A DNA stretch of 64,000 nucleotides from Callorhinchus milii (lineage: Eukaryota). Below the pieces are notes generated by a model. That model was given only the letters and a program-made list of their open reading frames with translations. It did not search any database and was not told the origin of the DNA. Position numbers and translations under genes: made by a program. This document shows positions 1 through 13,400 of the stretch, one piece after another; position 1 is the first letter of the stretch; every line of letters starts with the position of its first letter. Where the stretch lies: contig NW_024704801.1 of the NCBI RefSeq assembly GCF_018977255.1, positions 124,001 to 188,000 of the forward strand, written 5' to 3'.

Positions 1-1
1 T

Positions 2-3000
2 CAGTTACTGAGGGACCCGGGGCCCCGCCTCCCCGGTCTCCTCCTCCTGCACCGGCTCAGCCAGTGCCGCCCCCAGGTATAGCCCCGCCCCCCCGGAACC
101 TCCCCCCGACACCGGGCCCAGCGCAGCCCCTCCCCCACATCCACAGGTCCTCACAGCCACACACAACCCCTCCCCCCCACACACACAGCCCCTCTCCCCC
201 CCACAGCCCCTCCCCCCCACACAGCCCCTCCCCCCCCACACAGCCCCTCTCCCCCCACACACAGCCCCTCCCCCACAGCCACAGGTCCTCACAGCCACAC
301 ACAACCCCTCCCCCCACACACACAGCCCCTCTCCCCCCCACAGCCACACACAGCCCCTCCCCCCACACACACAGCCCCTCTCCCCCCCCACAGCCCCTCC
401 CCCCCCCCACAGCCCACACACAGCCCCTCCCCCCCCACACCACACAACCCCTCCCCCCACACACACAGCCCCCTCCCCCCCCACAGCCACACACAGCCCC
501 TCCCCCCACACACACAGCCCCTCTCCCCCCACAGCCCCTCTCCCCCCCCACAGCCACACACAGCCCCTCCCCCCACACACACAGCCCCTCTCCCCCCCAC
601 AGCCACACACAGCCCCTCTCCCCCACACACACACAGCCCCTCTCCCCCCCACAGCCCCTCTCCCCCCCCACAGCCCTCTCCCCCCACACACAGCCCCTCC
701 CCCACACACACACAGCCCCTCTCCCCCCCCACAGCCACACACAGCCCCTCCCCCCCCCACAGGTCCTCACAGCTGCACCCCCCCCCCCCCAGGCATCTCG
801 GTGACGGGTTTCCGTGTGTGTCAGACACGCGGCCGGTCACGGTGACGGGTTTCCGCGCTGTGACACTGACACGGACGAGTTTGTGTGGGAAATGTTTGTT
901 TGATCTCTGCCTCGTTTCTCTCTTGCAGAACCCGTCCGATCTCACGGGTCTGATCGCCATCAGCAATGCCCGACTGAGCTCTGTGAAAACCAGGTGAGAG
1001 CGTGAGTGATCCCCCCCCCCCCCCCCCCCCGCTGTCAGGGCATCTCAGTCCAGCACAGGCTCCGGGTCAAACCCCACAATCCCACAGAAAATAATAATAA
1101 ATTGTGCGCAATCAGCTGCTGCGTTTACGGTATACTTTACAGTGTGTCTTGTGAAGCGCTTTGAGACGTCTCGAAGATGTCTATCAAGTGCAAGAATTAT
1201 TATTGTTATTATTCTTAAATTGTATTATATTCTGCTTTTATGGCGCACAATGGTTGCTGATCCTTTGCTTCCTCCCCTCTCTTCCATTCTCTCTCTCTTC
1301 CCCCCACCCCTCTCCACTCCCCTCTTCCCTCTGCCCTCCCCCTCTCCCGCAGACTGGAGGGAGTGTGTCTCCTGGCCCAGCTGGTCGCTGACAGCCCCAC
1401 TGAGATCTTCCAGGATCAGTGTATCTCATGGCTACGAGCTGTGCAGCACATCGTCCAGGTACGTGAGGCCACCCCCGCCCGCCCAGGATCCGCGACCCAC
1501 AGGGAAGATGGCTGCTGTGTGTGTGGGGTGGGGAGGGGGCGGGCTGGCAGGTTGTGTGTAGAGGGTGTGTGTGTGTGTGTGGGGGGTGCAGGTTGGGGTT
1601 TGGGGGCTGTATGTTGGGAGCTATGTGTGCGGATTGGGAGCTTTATGTGGGGGGTGGGGGCTGTGTGTGAGGGCTTGATGCTGTGAGGGGGATGGGGGCT
1701 GTGTGTGTGTGTGGGGGGGTTAACGCTGTAACTATGTACGTAACAGGCCCAGGACCCATTGCCCACAGTGGAGATGGCGGTCTGGGTGTTGAGGGAGTTG
1801 CTCAGATACTCCTCACAGCTGCCGGAGCTGGGCCGTGAGGTGGCCATGAACCACATCCCCAGCCTTGTGTCCTCCCTGCTCAGCCTGAAACCTGAGGTCA
1901 GTCACTACACCTCCAACACAATCTGTCTGACTCTCTCTCTCTCTCTCTCTATCTCTCTCTAACTGTGTCTCTCTCACTGAAACCAGTAGTCAGTCACTAA
2001 ACCTCCATCACCTCCCTCTCTCTTACCCTCTCTCTCTGTCTCTCACTCTCTCAATCTATTGTGCTATGTTGTTCTATGTCTCTCTCCCTCTCTCGGCTCT
2101 CTCACTCTCTCTCTCTCCCTCACACATTCTCTCTCCCTCTCTCTCACACTCTCTCTCTCCCTCTGTCTCACACTCTGGCTCTGTCTCTCTCACGCTCTCT
2201 CTCTCTCCCCGCTCAGTACCAGTTGGCTGCTATGGAGGGGATGAAGGCGTGTATGACCCATTACTCACGAGCGTGTGGATCATTGAGGGTAAGGGAACTG
2301 CCGTAAACACTCCACAGTCTCTCTCTCTCTCATGTGTCTCTCTATCTGGGTTTGATTTCCCAGATCAGAGCGAAACCTCAGGCACACAGACACACACACA
2401 CGAGCCTCTGTTTCCCAGCAGGAACTAGAAACCCACCTGTTAGTCGATTGACGGATCAATTTTCTGGGGGTAATAATTCCTTCAAAAAAAATAAGAATTT
2501 TTTCTTATCACTCAATCTATGACTGTTTGTGGGGACGTCGCTGTTCGCAATTGGCTGCCGCGTTTTGCCCACAAAATATACAGTCACTACACTTTATAGT
2601 ACATTCTGTGAAGCTCTTCAAAGGCGTGATAAGGTGCTGTGTCAAAGGCAAGGATTATTATTATTGTTGTTATCTTCTCTCCTGCGTATATGTGTGTTTC
2701 TGTCTGTCTCCTCTCGGTGTATGTCAGTGTATGTGTGTTGGTGGGAGGTGGGAGTTGCTAACTGTTCTGTGTGTCAGTGATTGTGTACATTGTGCTCGCA
2801 GGGGAAGTTGGCAGCTTATTTCCTGTCTAAGATGGACACCAGCAGCCCCCAGGTCCAAGAGGTAATGTCGGCGCTGGGGGAGACGCAGTGGGAGTGTGTG
2901 TGCGCGCGGGCTCTGTATGGTGTGTGTATGGTGGGGGGCTGTGTGTGGTGTGTGTATGTGGTGGGGGGCTGTGGATGGTGTATGTGTGCATGGTGGGGGT

Positions 3001-3521
3001 TTGTGTGGGTGGTGGGGGGGATCGGCGTGTATGGGAGGGGGGTTGTACTTGTGATAGTGACTGTCTCTCCCCTTGTTATATAGTTGGCTTGTCACTGTTA
3101 TGCTCTGCTCCCTGGACTGGGGACCGGCTTTGCTCAGGGCATGAAATACTCTGAGTCCTGGAGCCAGCAGCTTCACTGCCTCCTCGCCAGCCTGCATCGG
3201 CTCACAGAGGAGATCTACCAGGGCTCGGAAACAGGTGAGGCTTCCTGGGGGGAGAGAGATTCATTGGTAACAGTCCAGGCTGAGGCTCCAGCTGGGGGAC
3301 GTGTGTTGTATTATATTGTGGAGATTGTTTAACCTGAGGCTGTTTCGTTCTCACACACACACAGAACCCTCTCGCTATGAAGGACCTGGGGTTGACCTGC
3401 CGCTGCCTGCCCTGAACGACACTGACCCGTATCACGTCCTACACCTCAGTCAACGCTTCACAGCCCTGAGCAAATGCCTGGCCCAGCTCCTCAGGTACCA
3501 GCTGCCCGTCACTGCCCGTCA

Positions 3522-3552
<31 letters not shown>

Positions 3553-6500
3553 ACACGCTCCCGCTATCTCACTCAGGAAGGATTTCTCAGTGGCTGTGAC
3601 AATCCCAGTTCAGGACGTCCTCGGGCTGGTCTGTCGTGTCCTCAACATCTCCAGCAAAAACATGGTGAGGCCCTCGGTGTCTAGTCCTCTCTCTCACACA
3701 CACACACTCTCTCTCTCTCTTTCCCACTCTCTCACACTCTCTCTCTGCGACAGAACTGTTTCTCTCTCTCTCTCTCGCTCTTACACACTCTCTTTCTCTC
3801 TCTCTCACACAGAGCTGTCTGGGTGAAGGAGCTGTGAAGGTGCTCGTGTTACCATCTCTGCACACGGACGCTCTCGACATTCTCTCTGCTCTCATCACCA
3901 CGTAAGTGTGGGGGGTGCTATGTGTGTTTTTGGGGGGCGGGGGGGCTGTCTGTGTGTGTGGGGGGTGTGCTGTGTGTGTGTTTTGGGGGGCGGGGGGGCT
4001 GTCTGTGTGTTTTTGGGGGCGCGGGGCTGTCTGTGTGTGTGGGGGAGTGGGTATGTAACACTGACCCTCTGTCTCTTTCACTAGTTGTGGTAAACGGTTG
4101 CTAAGGTTTGCGGACGTGATTTGCCGACTTTTTCCCCAAGTGCTGACGGCCTGGGCCACACCCCGGGGCTCAACCCCCCCCGGCCAAGAGAGAGGTCACA
4201 GGTCAGTGTGGGGGGACGAGAGGTCACAGGCCAGTGTGGGGGGAGGGGAGGGGCTGTGGGGAGGGGAGGGCGGGTGTAGGGTGTAAGTGAGGCACTAACA
4301 CACACTGTGGTTCCAGTGGGGTCCGGGTGACAGTGTACACGGTGATGGAGACTTGGCTGAAAGTTGCTGGAGTGGCCTCGGGGGTCCTGCAGGGGGCGGC
4401 ACATCATCCCGACATCCTCCTCTCTCATTTACTGTCAGACGTCACCCCCCCCTCACACACATTGCAGGTAAGCCTGGACACACACACGCACACCCTCACA
4501 CACACTCACACGCACATCCTCACACACACGCACACCCTCACACACACTCACACGCACATCCTCTCACACACACGCACACCCTAACACACACCCACTCACA
4601 CACCCTCCCACACACACGCACACCCTCACACACACTCACACGCACATCCTCTCACACACACGCACACCCTCACACACACCCTCACACACACACACACCCT
4701 CCCACACACACACACACACACCCTCCCACACACACGCACACCCTCACACACACGCACACCCTCACATACACCCTCACACACACACACGCACACCCTCACA
4801 CACACTCACACGCACATCCTCTCACACACACGCACANNNNNNNNNNNNNNNNNNNNNNNNNNNNNNNNNNNNNNNNNNNNNNNNNNNNNNNNNNNNNNNN
4901 NNNNNNNNNNNNNNNNNNNNNNNNNNNNNNNNNNNNNNNNNNNNNNNNNNNNNNNNNNNNNNNNNNNNNNNNNNNNNNNNNNNNNNNNNNNNNNNNNNNN
5001 NNNNNNCACTCCAGGTAAGCCTCCCCCTCACACACACCCACACACACCCTCCTTGTCCCTCATACACACCCCCTCCCTCTGTGTCTGTGTGTGTCTCTCC
5101 CTCTTCCCACACTGACAGTCTCTCCGTGCCCAGATACAGGTTCTGTGTGAGTTTATGTCTGTGTGTGTGTCTTGTCTGTCTATGTGTGTGTGTCTGTTTG
5201 TGTCCTCTCCCCACACTGACAGCCTCTCTCTGTGACTCCCCAGGTGAGAGCTAAGCCTGCGGCTGAGGTGCAGACCGGCAGCTACGGGAAACCTTACGGG
5301 AAGCGGGCAAGGCTGGGGGAGGTGACAGACACCTCGCCAGTGAGAGGCCATCACAAACAGGACCTGACCGCGAACAGTGACGTGTGTCTGGCCGCCCTGA
5401 GAGGTACAGCCCCAGCCCCCCCCCCCCCACCACAACCACCACCACAACAACATAGGGACAGCAGAAAGCCATCAGCCCTGTTTGTTTCTGTTTCTGAATT
5501 CCCCCACCAGAACAACAACACATTACATTTACACACGTCAGAAGGACGTCCCAGGGCCCTGGACCCGAGCTGGGGGTTAGGATCAGGAGGGGTGGAGGGC
5601 AGGGAGGGGGGGTGGGGGGGTAGAATGGCCACCTTCAGTTCTGAGAGTAGTTGGTGTGAGGGGGGCATGAGGGCAGTTGATGGGGGTGGGGGGGTGACCA
5701 GGGTTGTGTGGGACAGAGTAACCCAGGTTTGCCCACTCACTCTCTCTCTCTCTCTCACTCTCTCTCACACTCCCTCTCTCTCTTTCACACTCTCTGTCTC
5801 CCCAGTTCTCAGTCGTGCAGTGTTGGCCTGTGGCAGTTTGTTGAAAGAGGAAACTCACAAGGTCAGTGTCGCCATCTTAACCCCCTCCTCCCCGGGGCGG
5901 GGAGGGTGGGGGGGAGATTCCTTGTATCTCGGGTTTGGTTAAAACTCGTCCGTATCCGCAGCATCGAAGTGGTTGACCGTGTTCCAGTTCACCAAGACAT
6001 CACTTGCTGTTTGCTGTGCGGAGCAGGAAGTGATGTCGGCAGTGACCGGGAAGTTGGACATGTTAATTTTTTTAAAAAAAGTGTCTGAAGTAATAATAAT
6101 TTGGGTCGCTGGGGGCACCCACGTCTGTGTGTGGGACATCACTGTGCGCAGTTGGCCTCACACCCGGCGTGAAGGGCGCGATATAAATGCAAGTTGTTGT
6201 TGTTGAGACGTGGCTGTTTGTGTGGCAGAAGCTGCAGGAGATGGTGCTGTCGCTGTTGATGGGGTTGGGGCGCAGGTCGGGGGAGCCCAGCCCCTACCTC
6301 AGGGCTCAGTGTCGCCTCGAACTACACCGTCTCCTCCTCTTCCTGCTCCTCGTTCCCAACCCTCACCGTCCACCTCCTCTCCACTGTGCCATCAACACCT
6401 TCAGCCTCGGACAACAGGACAGTAGCACTGAGGTGAGACACACACATGCACACAATTACACGCACACACACACACCCTTACACACACACACACCCTTACA

Positions 6501-9500
6501 CACACACATAGAGTTCTGTCACTGTGATTGCTGTGTGTGTGTGTGTAGGTGTGTGTTTGGGAGTGTGCGGGAGTCACTGTGATTGCTCTGTGTCTCCTCA
6601 GGTGTCTGCGTTCTGTTGGGAGGCGCTGGTCACATGTAACGCCCTGATCCACCCTCGCGTGGCTTCTCTACAGTCACCCCTGAACCTCCCCCTAAAGCTC
6701 CCGACAGACTCACACCCGGCCCCCGCCCCCCCCAGCAAACCCCACCCTGAGCTGCCAGGCCCCGCCCGCTTCACCTTGGCCCTGGGGGCGGGGCCTGGCC
6801 AGGAGGAGGAGGAGCTGGAGGCGGAGCCTGTGGCTGGGGGGCTGGAGGAGGAGGAGGGGCTGTTTGGGGATGGGGGGCACAGGCCTGTGTTTGTTCGTTA
6901 CGATAAGGAGGAGGCGTCTGACGTGGAGATCTCGCTGGACAGTGACTCCGACGACAGCATCTTAATCGTCCCGGACGGCACCCTCCCCGAGCCCCCACCG
7001 TCCCCGCCTCTCCCCCCCGCCCCAGCCTCCACCCGCCAGGACATCCAGCCCCCGCTAGCCCCCTCCCCCAGCCCAGCCCCCGCCCACAGCCCTGCCCCAG
7101 CCCCCGCCACCCAGACACAACCCCCACCCCCACCTCCCCCCGCCCAGCTCCCACCCCCTCCCCTTCCCCCAGGCCCCGAGGAGACAACGGGGCCCGAGAG
7201 CCAGGAGCCGGCGGAGGAGCTGACAGTCATCAACATCAACAGCAGCGAAGATGACGAAGAGGAGGAAGGCTTCGGGGAGGAGGACGAGGAGGAAGGTACG
7301 ATTACCATCGTTAAGGTTCTGAAGAGACTGAGACACTGTTGTCCTATAGCTCGGGTTAGACCCCTCGCCTCACAATAATAATAATAATCCTTGCATTTGA
7401 TATAGCGCTTTTCACGTCGGGAGGACGTCCCAAAGCGCTTCACAGAACACACTGTAAAGTGAATTGACTGTATATTTGTGGGCGAACGTGGCAGCCAATT
7501 GCGCAGAGCAATGTCCCACAAACAGTCGTAGAATTAAAATGACCAATTTATTATTGTTTTTGGTTTTGGAGGGATTATTATTAGGCTCTGTGTGGAGTAA
7601 GGAAACTTGCCCAAGGTTTCGCCCTCTGCCTGGAATTGAACTCGGGTCTCTCACTTGCAAAGCGAGTGCTCTAACCACTGAGCTACAGGACTCCAGTCCC
7701 TGTAGCTCGGGGGTTAAACCCCTCACCTCGCAGAGGACCTGGGTTTGGTGCCTGGGCGGGTTAGGACAGTTTGGGGTGAAACCTTAGGCAAGTTTCCCTC
7801 CACACACACACAGACACACACACAGACCCGCACACACACACCTGTGTCCCCGGTAGTCAGTAGGAACCCACTTGTCAGTCGATTGGGGGATCACTTTCCG
7901 GGGGTAATAATCCCTTCAAAATAATAATAGTAATTTGGTCACTTCAACCCGCGGCTGTTTGTGGGGACGTCGCTGGGAGCGATCGGCTGCCACGTTTCGC
8001 CCACAACACACGCGCAGTCACTACAGTCAATAAACTATAATGGGTCCTGTAAAGCAATTTGAGACGACGTGATAAGGTGATGTATCAAATGCAAAGATTA
8101 TTATAATATCTGTGGATACAGTATACTGACACACACAGACACAGAGAGAGAGAGACACACAGACACAGAGAGAGAGAGACACTCAGATACAGACACAGAG
8201 AGAGAGACACGGACACAGAGTAAAGTTTGAGGCACAATATGTCAAGTGATGGTCAGACTGGTGGACAGATCTTTGGCTGAGCTGATGGCAAAGGACTGTT
8301 GTTCTGAAGGTTATTACGAGGAGTTTGAGGACGAGGAGTTTGAGGAGGAGATGGAGGAGGAAGAGGAGGAGGAGGAAGAGGACGAGGAGATGGAGTACAA
8401 GGACCTCGATGATGACGATGAAGATGATGAAGATGAAGAGCTGTACGAGCACGAGACGGACGGAGTTTCCGAGGAGGAGGAGTCTGGTCTTTCAGGGGGC
8501 GACGCTGGGCCTGAGGGTGGGTCCAAACTCCATGCCCTGCAGGAGGCCAGCCCCCAGGGGGAGGGGCTGGGCAGGCGGGGGGAGGGGGACACTGAAGCTC
8601 CGCCCTCTAGTGATGCAGAGAAACACTCCGAACCAGGGGCGGAGCCTGTGGACCCTGCGTCGTGGGGAGAGGAGGCCGGGGCCAGGCCCGAGGAGAAGGG
8701 GGCTGCCCCACCCATAGAGGCCCCGCCCCAGCCAGAGACCACGCCTCCGAGCGAGGCGGAGCCTGAGAGAGCGAGAGAGGACGCCACCATGGCGACCGAC
8801 GAGGAGACCGTCCCACTACCCCTGGAGGCGGGGCCTGGCCTTGAGAGGGAGGAGCCAAGTGAGGGCATGGCTGAGGTAAGCCCACCCCACCTCCCCCCCC
8901 CCCCCATGTGGACAGTCTTAGTTTCTCCCCATTTGGTAAATACTGTGTTTTATTGTTGACCTCACACTTCCCCGCGTTGAACTCCAGCTGCCACCGTTCT
9001 GCCCGCCCGCCCGACACTGTGCTCACATCACCGTCTACTGTGTCTCCAAACTTTGTCATTAGTAAATTCACATCCAAAACTCCTTCATCCAAGTCGTTTA
9101 TATATGTGTTTTTGTATTTATTTGGTGAAACCTGTGGTCCCAGTGCAGAGCCCGGGGGACCCCCCCCACCCCCACACTCGACACGGGGGGTGGAGGGGGG
9201 GAGTGGGGAGAAGGGAGTTTCTCTCTCAAGAGTCCTGGCCGACAATCCCCCGGATAAAATCACTTGCTCCCTTCAAGGCTCATTTGTGGCGACGTCATGT
9301 GTAAACCAACAACAGCTTGTGGCCCCCCTACCCCCCACCCCGGCCCCATACAGGGGAGCGTCCCAGAGCGCTTGACGAGTTGATGACCCCTTCTCAATCC
9401 CCCCCCACCCCCCCAACGCTGATGCTCTCATCTCTGTTCCAGGCCGGGGAGGACCAGACGGCTGCCATGTTGGCTGACTTTGTGGACTGTCCACCAGACG

Positions 9501-9541
9501 AGGAGGAAACCAAGACAACAGCCGAGGGCAGCACCAGCTAG
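2..9541 (+). CDS. PELP1: Proline-, glutamic acid- and leucine-rich protein 1 (rixosome subunit), 5'-partial, 18 coding exons
   Basis: GT-AG exons read by hand: <1-76, 929-993, 1353-1458, 1747-1896, 2217-2288, 2802-2861, 3084-3234, 3365-3494, 3577-3664, 3813-3901, 4085-4201, 4317-4467, 5244-5403, 5806-5861, 6229-6432, 6602-7295, 8310-8875, 9443-9541 (TAG). Peptides [52 protein letters not shown], the Pro- and Glu-rich tracts and the C-terminal [16 protein letters not shown] match PELP1. Confidence 0.96.
120..795. repeat. C-rich minisatellite (CACAGCCCCTCTCCCCC-like) in PELP1 intron 1
   Basis: Direct inspection. Confidence 0.9.
4837..5006. other. Assembly gap (others at 15206-15422, 37165-37349, 40881-41028)
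   Basis: Runs of N next to CA/CT microsatellites. Confidence 0.99.
7374..7693 (-). mobile_element. tRNA-derived SINE
   Basis: Reverse-complement head at 7625-7693 and (ATT)n tail at 7374-7388. Confidence 0.85.
7696..8105 (+). mobile_element. tRNA-derived SINE, head-to-head with the previous copy
   Basis: GTCCCTGTAGCTC head, same body, ATTATT tail. Confidence 0.75.
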
Positions 9542-9762
9542 TGTCACGGGGAGGGGAACTAGTGTAACGGGGGGGTGGGGGGGGGTTGCAGGGGGACTAG
9601 TGTAACGGGGTGGGGGGGTGCGCGAAGGGTGGATAGGGACTAGTGTAACGCAACGAGGTGGGGGCCTCGTGTGACAGGGTCGGAGGGAGCTGGGGCTTAA
9701 TGGGGGGGTGGGGCTGGAACCGTGAGGAACGAGCAGTTTTTCTGAGAATAAGTGCTTAAGAA

Positions 9763-9768
9763 AATAAA
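9763..9768 (+). terminator. Polyadenylation signal AATAAA of PELP1
   Basis: AATAAA about 220 nt after the stop codon, followed by a T/GT-rich tract. Confidence 0.6.
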
Positions 9769-10476
9769 GTTTTTGTTCCCTCAGGACTTGGAAGCTTCGT
9801 GTGGGGGGGGGGGGCGGGTGTGGGGGGAGATGGTGAGAGTGTGGGGGGGGGGGGGGAGTTAGGGAGGAGGGGGGGAGAGTGTGAGGGGGTGGGGGGGGGG
9901 AGGGTGAACAGGGAACTTTTGAGATACTATTTTTTGTTTTTTTTAAATAAAACCCAGTGAGATTATTCAGTGAGTGGAGCCGAGTTGATGGAGTGAGTGA
10001 ATTGAGTAATAAACATAGTGACTGTGAGATCTGCCCTCGTGTTGTGTTATCTCTTTATTTGTGGATCTTTCCTTGTGAAAAGGCGCATCACAAATGGCTC
10101 GACACAGACAGAGAAATCAGTGTTATTTATTCCCGTTATAAACCAGTTTCTTGTTTAACTGCGTTATTAACTGTAATATTCACAGCTGCTCAATGTTATT
10201 GTAATAATTGTGATTTGCTCACTGGCCATCTCCCCCCCCCCACAACGCCACGGCTCGTCCCACTCTCTGTCTCTCGATCGGTATCTGTGACACGTGTGAA
10301 GAGAAAATACAAACACAGGTTTTTTTTTAAAATTTTGTTTTATATTAAAAACACAAATAAATTCACTGAGTGACCGGAACCACATTACAGAAACCCAGAG
10401 CTATTCACCGCAACACTGAGCACAGAGGGAACTAATTCCCCTAACTCAGGGGGGAGCGAGGGGGGTGGTGGCTAGG

Positions 10477-13400
10477 CTAGGGGACAGGAGTGGGGGCGGG
10501 GTGGGGGGAGCAGGGTGGGGGGGATAGTAGGGGAATGTCCGATGTGTTCATGATGAGACTGGAATCGAGGCTCAGACTGTCTGAAACAGATACAACAACA
10601 ACAGGGATTAGTGACTGGAACATCATCATCTCCTTGTCCACACTCTCCATCTCACACCCCCCCCCACCACCTCCCTCAACACTGTGCGTCCGTCCACACT
10701 CCCAGGTCAGGGTTAGAGACACAGTGAAGTTCCCTCTACACACAAATCCAGACAGACACAGACACTGACCCTGGTCGAAGTTGAGTTTCTTTGCTGGCGA
10801 TGCCTCCCCCAGACCCTCGATGTCCACGAGGTCACTGTTCACATCCGAGTCGTTGAGGGCACTGAGCGTCACATCTGGGGGCGGACACAGTGAGCGGTGT
10901 GAGCAGCGCTGACAGGGCAGGGACCAGGAACAGGAGCCCCGGGTGATTACAGGCCCCTCACCCCCCACCATTCATCGTTCTTAAGATTCTCCAAACCAAA
11001 CAGAATTCCACACTCCTACTTTACTAACGGTGGAAATCCCAGAGATAAGATTGTTGGAATGGAACTCTCTCTCTCCCAGTTCAGCTCCGAGGAGACTCCA
11101 CTTAACACACCTCCCCCACCCTCCGATAGTCACGAGAAAGAGAGAGCAAGGGATAGAGAGGGCTCATACACACACACGCAGACAGAGAGCAAGAGAGAGA
11201 AAGGAGACAGAGAGAGAGTAGGTACCTGATGGCTTTTGTTTCTTGTGGGCTGAGGTGTCAGGGAGGGGGGTGCTGGCTGGGGCGGGAGCTGGGCTGGGGG
11301 TGGGGGTGGCCGTCACGGACGCTGGTGACTGCGTTTTCTTCTGCGATTTCTTGGGGGACTCAGAAGGGATAGGAACCCCCCCATCTTCATAAACCTTTCG
11401 TTTCACTGTGGTCTTTATCTGTGCCCTAGAGAGAGCCAGAGAGAGAGAGTCAGGCTGGTGCACAATCACAACTTGTTTTGTCCACAAAACACAAGTCACT
11501 ACACTTTACAGTACATTCTGTGAAGCACTTTGAGATGTGATAAGGCGCTGTGTGAAATGTAAGGATTATTTATTTACGTTGTGAATTGTTACTGCAAGAA
11601 GGTGAAGGAACGGGAACGACATGAGGAAAAGGGCCTGACCTGCGGACCCCTCCCCTGGCCCCACCCTTCCTGTCAGGCTCTGCCCCCCACCATCCCACTA
11701 GCCCCGCCCTGACTCCACCCCGGCTTACACTGTGCGATCTTTGATGACGGTGCTGATGTTGTTTAAATCTTCCCCAAAACGCTTAACTGCTGAGCGCAGC
11801 ATCTCAATCTCCGTGTCCGTCCACTTGGCTCTGGCGGCGAGAGAGAGAGAGAGAGAGAGAATGTGGGCGAGGGAGAGAGAGAGTGTGGACAACGGAGAGA
11901 GTGTGGGCGACGGAGAGAGAGTGTGGGAGAGGGAGAGAGAGTGTGGGAGAGGGGGAGAGAGTGTGAGCGAGGGAGGGAGAGAGTGTGGCGAGAGAGTATG
12001 CGCGAGGGAGAGAAACAACATGGTGGAGAGAAGGGGAACCGAGGGAGAGAAAGAGCGTGGGATCGAGGGGGAGAGACAGCGGAGTGGGCTATGACCCCAA
12101 CAGGACTGCGCTGACAGGCAGCGGCCACGATGTGTTGCTGTCTAATAACAATAATAATAATCCTGGCGTGTGATCCGATGCCTTATCACGTCTTCAAGGC
12201 GTCTCAAAGCGCTTTACAAGAAACACTGCAACATGTAGTGACTGTGTCACGTGGCAGCAACGTCCCCACAAACCACCATGACAGTTGAGCTGAGCTCCGT
12301 ACAAAAGATGGATCGGGATCCGGCGGGAATCGAACCGGGAACCTTCTCCTCAGCGGCCAAAAGCCCCGGCCACAGGCTCCACAGTGAGGCACGTCGCAGA
12401 AACAGGTCTCCCAGTCCATCAGTCCGTGTCAGTGTGAGGGAGAGAAGAGAACGCGAGGGAGAAAGAGCGAGCGAGAGAGCGAGAGGGAGAGAGAGGGAAA
12501 GAACAAGAGAGAGAGACAGCGAGTGTGAGAGTGAGGGGAGGCTGAGCCGTTCAATGATAGCCCCTGGGTGTGGGCTGGTGACGGGCGGGCGGCCGGGCGG
12601 GGGGCACTTACCCAGCTGGTGAGGAGTCGGCCACGGGGTGAAGCTGCATGGTCAGCTCCCCCAACTTAGTGAAGGCAGCTCCAGCAGCTGAGAAGATCTC
12701 TCCCACCTGTGGACACGACACAAGCACAGAGTTCATTGATGACCGACTGCAAAAGCTGTTTTACAATTATTTACATTCAAACGCTCCGGGGCACTCCCCA
12801 GCGTGAGGGACGCTACAGTATACACTATACACTGTAGAGTATACACTACACTGTACAGTATTCACTATACTATATACTATAGACTATACTATATACTATA
12901 GACTACAGACTATACACTATATCAACAACAAGATTCCATTTATAGAGCGCCTTTCACGTCGGGAGGACGTCCTAAGGTGCTGGACAGTTGGGTCGGGACC
13001 CGAGCATTGGGGGGAAATGGTCAGGGGGAGGGAAGGGAGGGAGCGAGGAGAGGTTAGAGAGTCGAGAGCGGAGCTGAAGGCACGGTCGAAGAGAAAGGTC
13101 TTGAGACCGGCCTTGAAGGAGGAAAGGGAGGAATCATAGAATCATAGAATTGTACAGCACAAAAAGAGGCCATTCGGCCCATCGAGTCTGTGCCGCTCTC
13201 TGAATGGAGCAAATAACATCAGTCCCACTCCCGGCCCTTTCCCCATAACCTGCAAACCCGTCCTCCGCAAATACCCGTCCACCGCAGTTTTAAAAGTAGT
13301 TATGGAATCGGCCTCGACCGCCCTTTCAGGCAATGTTCCAGATTCCAACAACTCGCTGCGTGAAAACATGTCTTCTCCCCTCCACTCGGCTTCTTTTAGA

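Noticed and set aside
5-966. Overlapping 225-251 aa Gly/Cys/Val- or Pro/His-rich ORFs
   Set aside because: Translations of the PELP1 intron-1 minisatellite; no stops simply because of low complexity.
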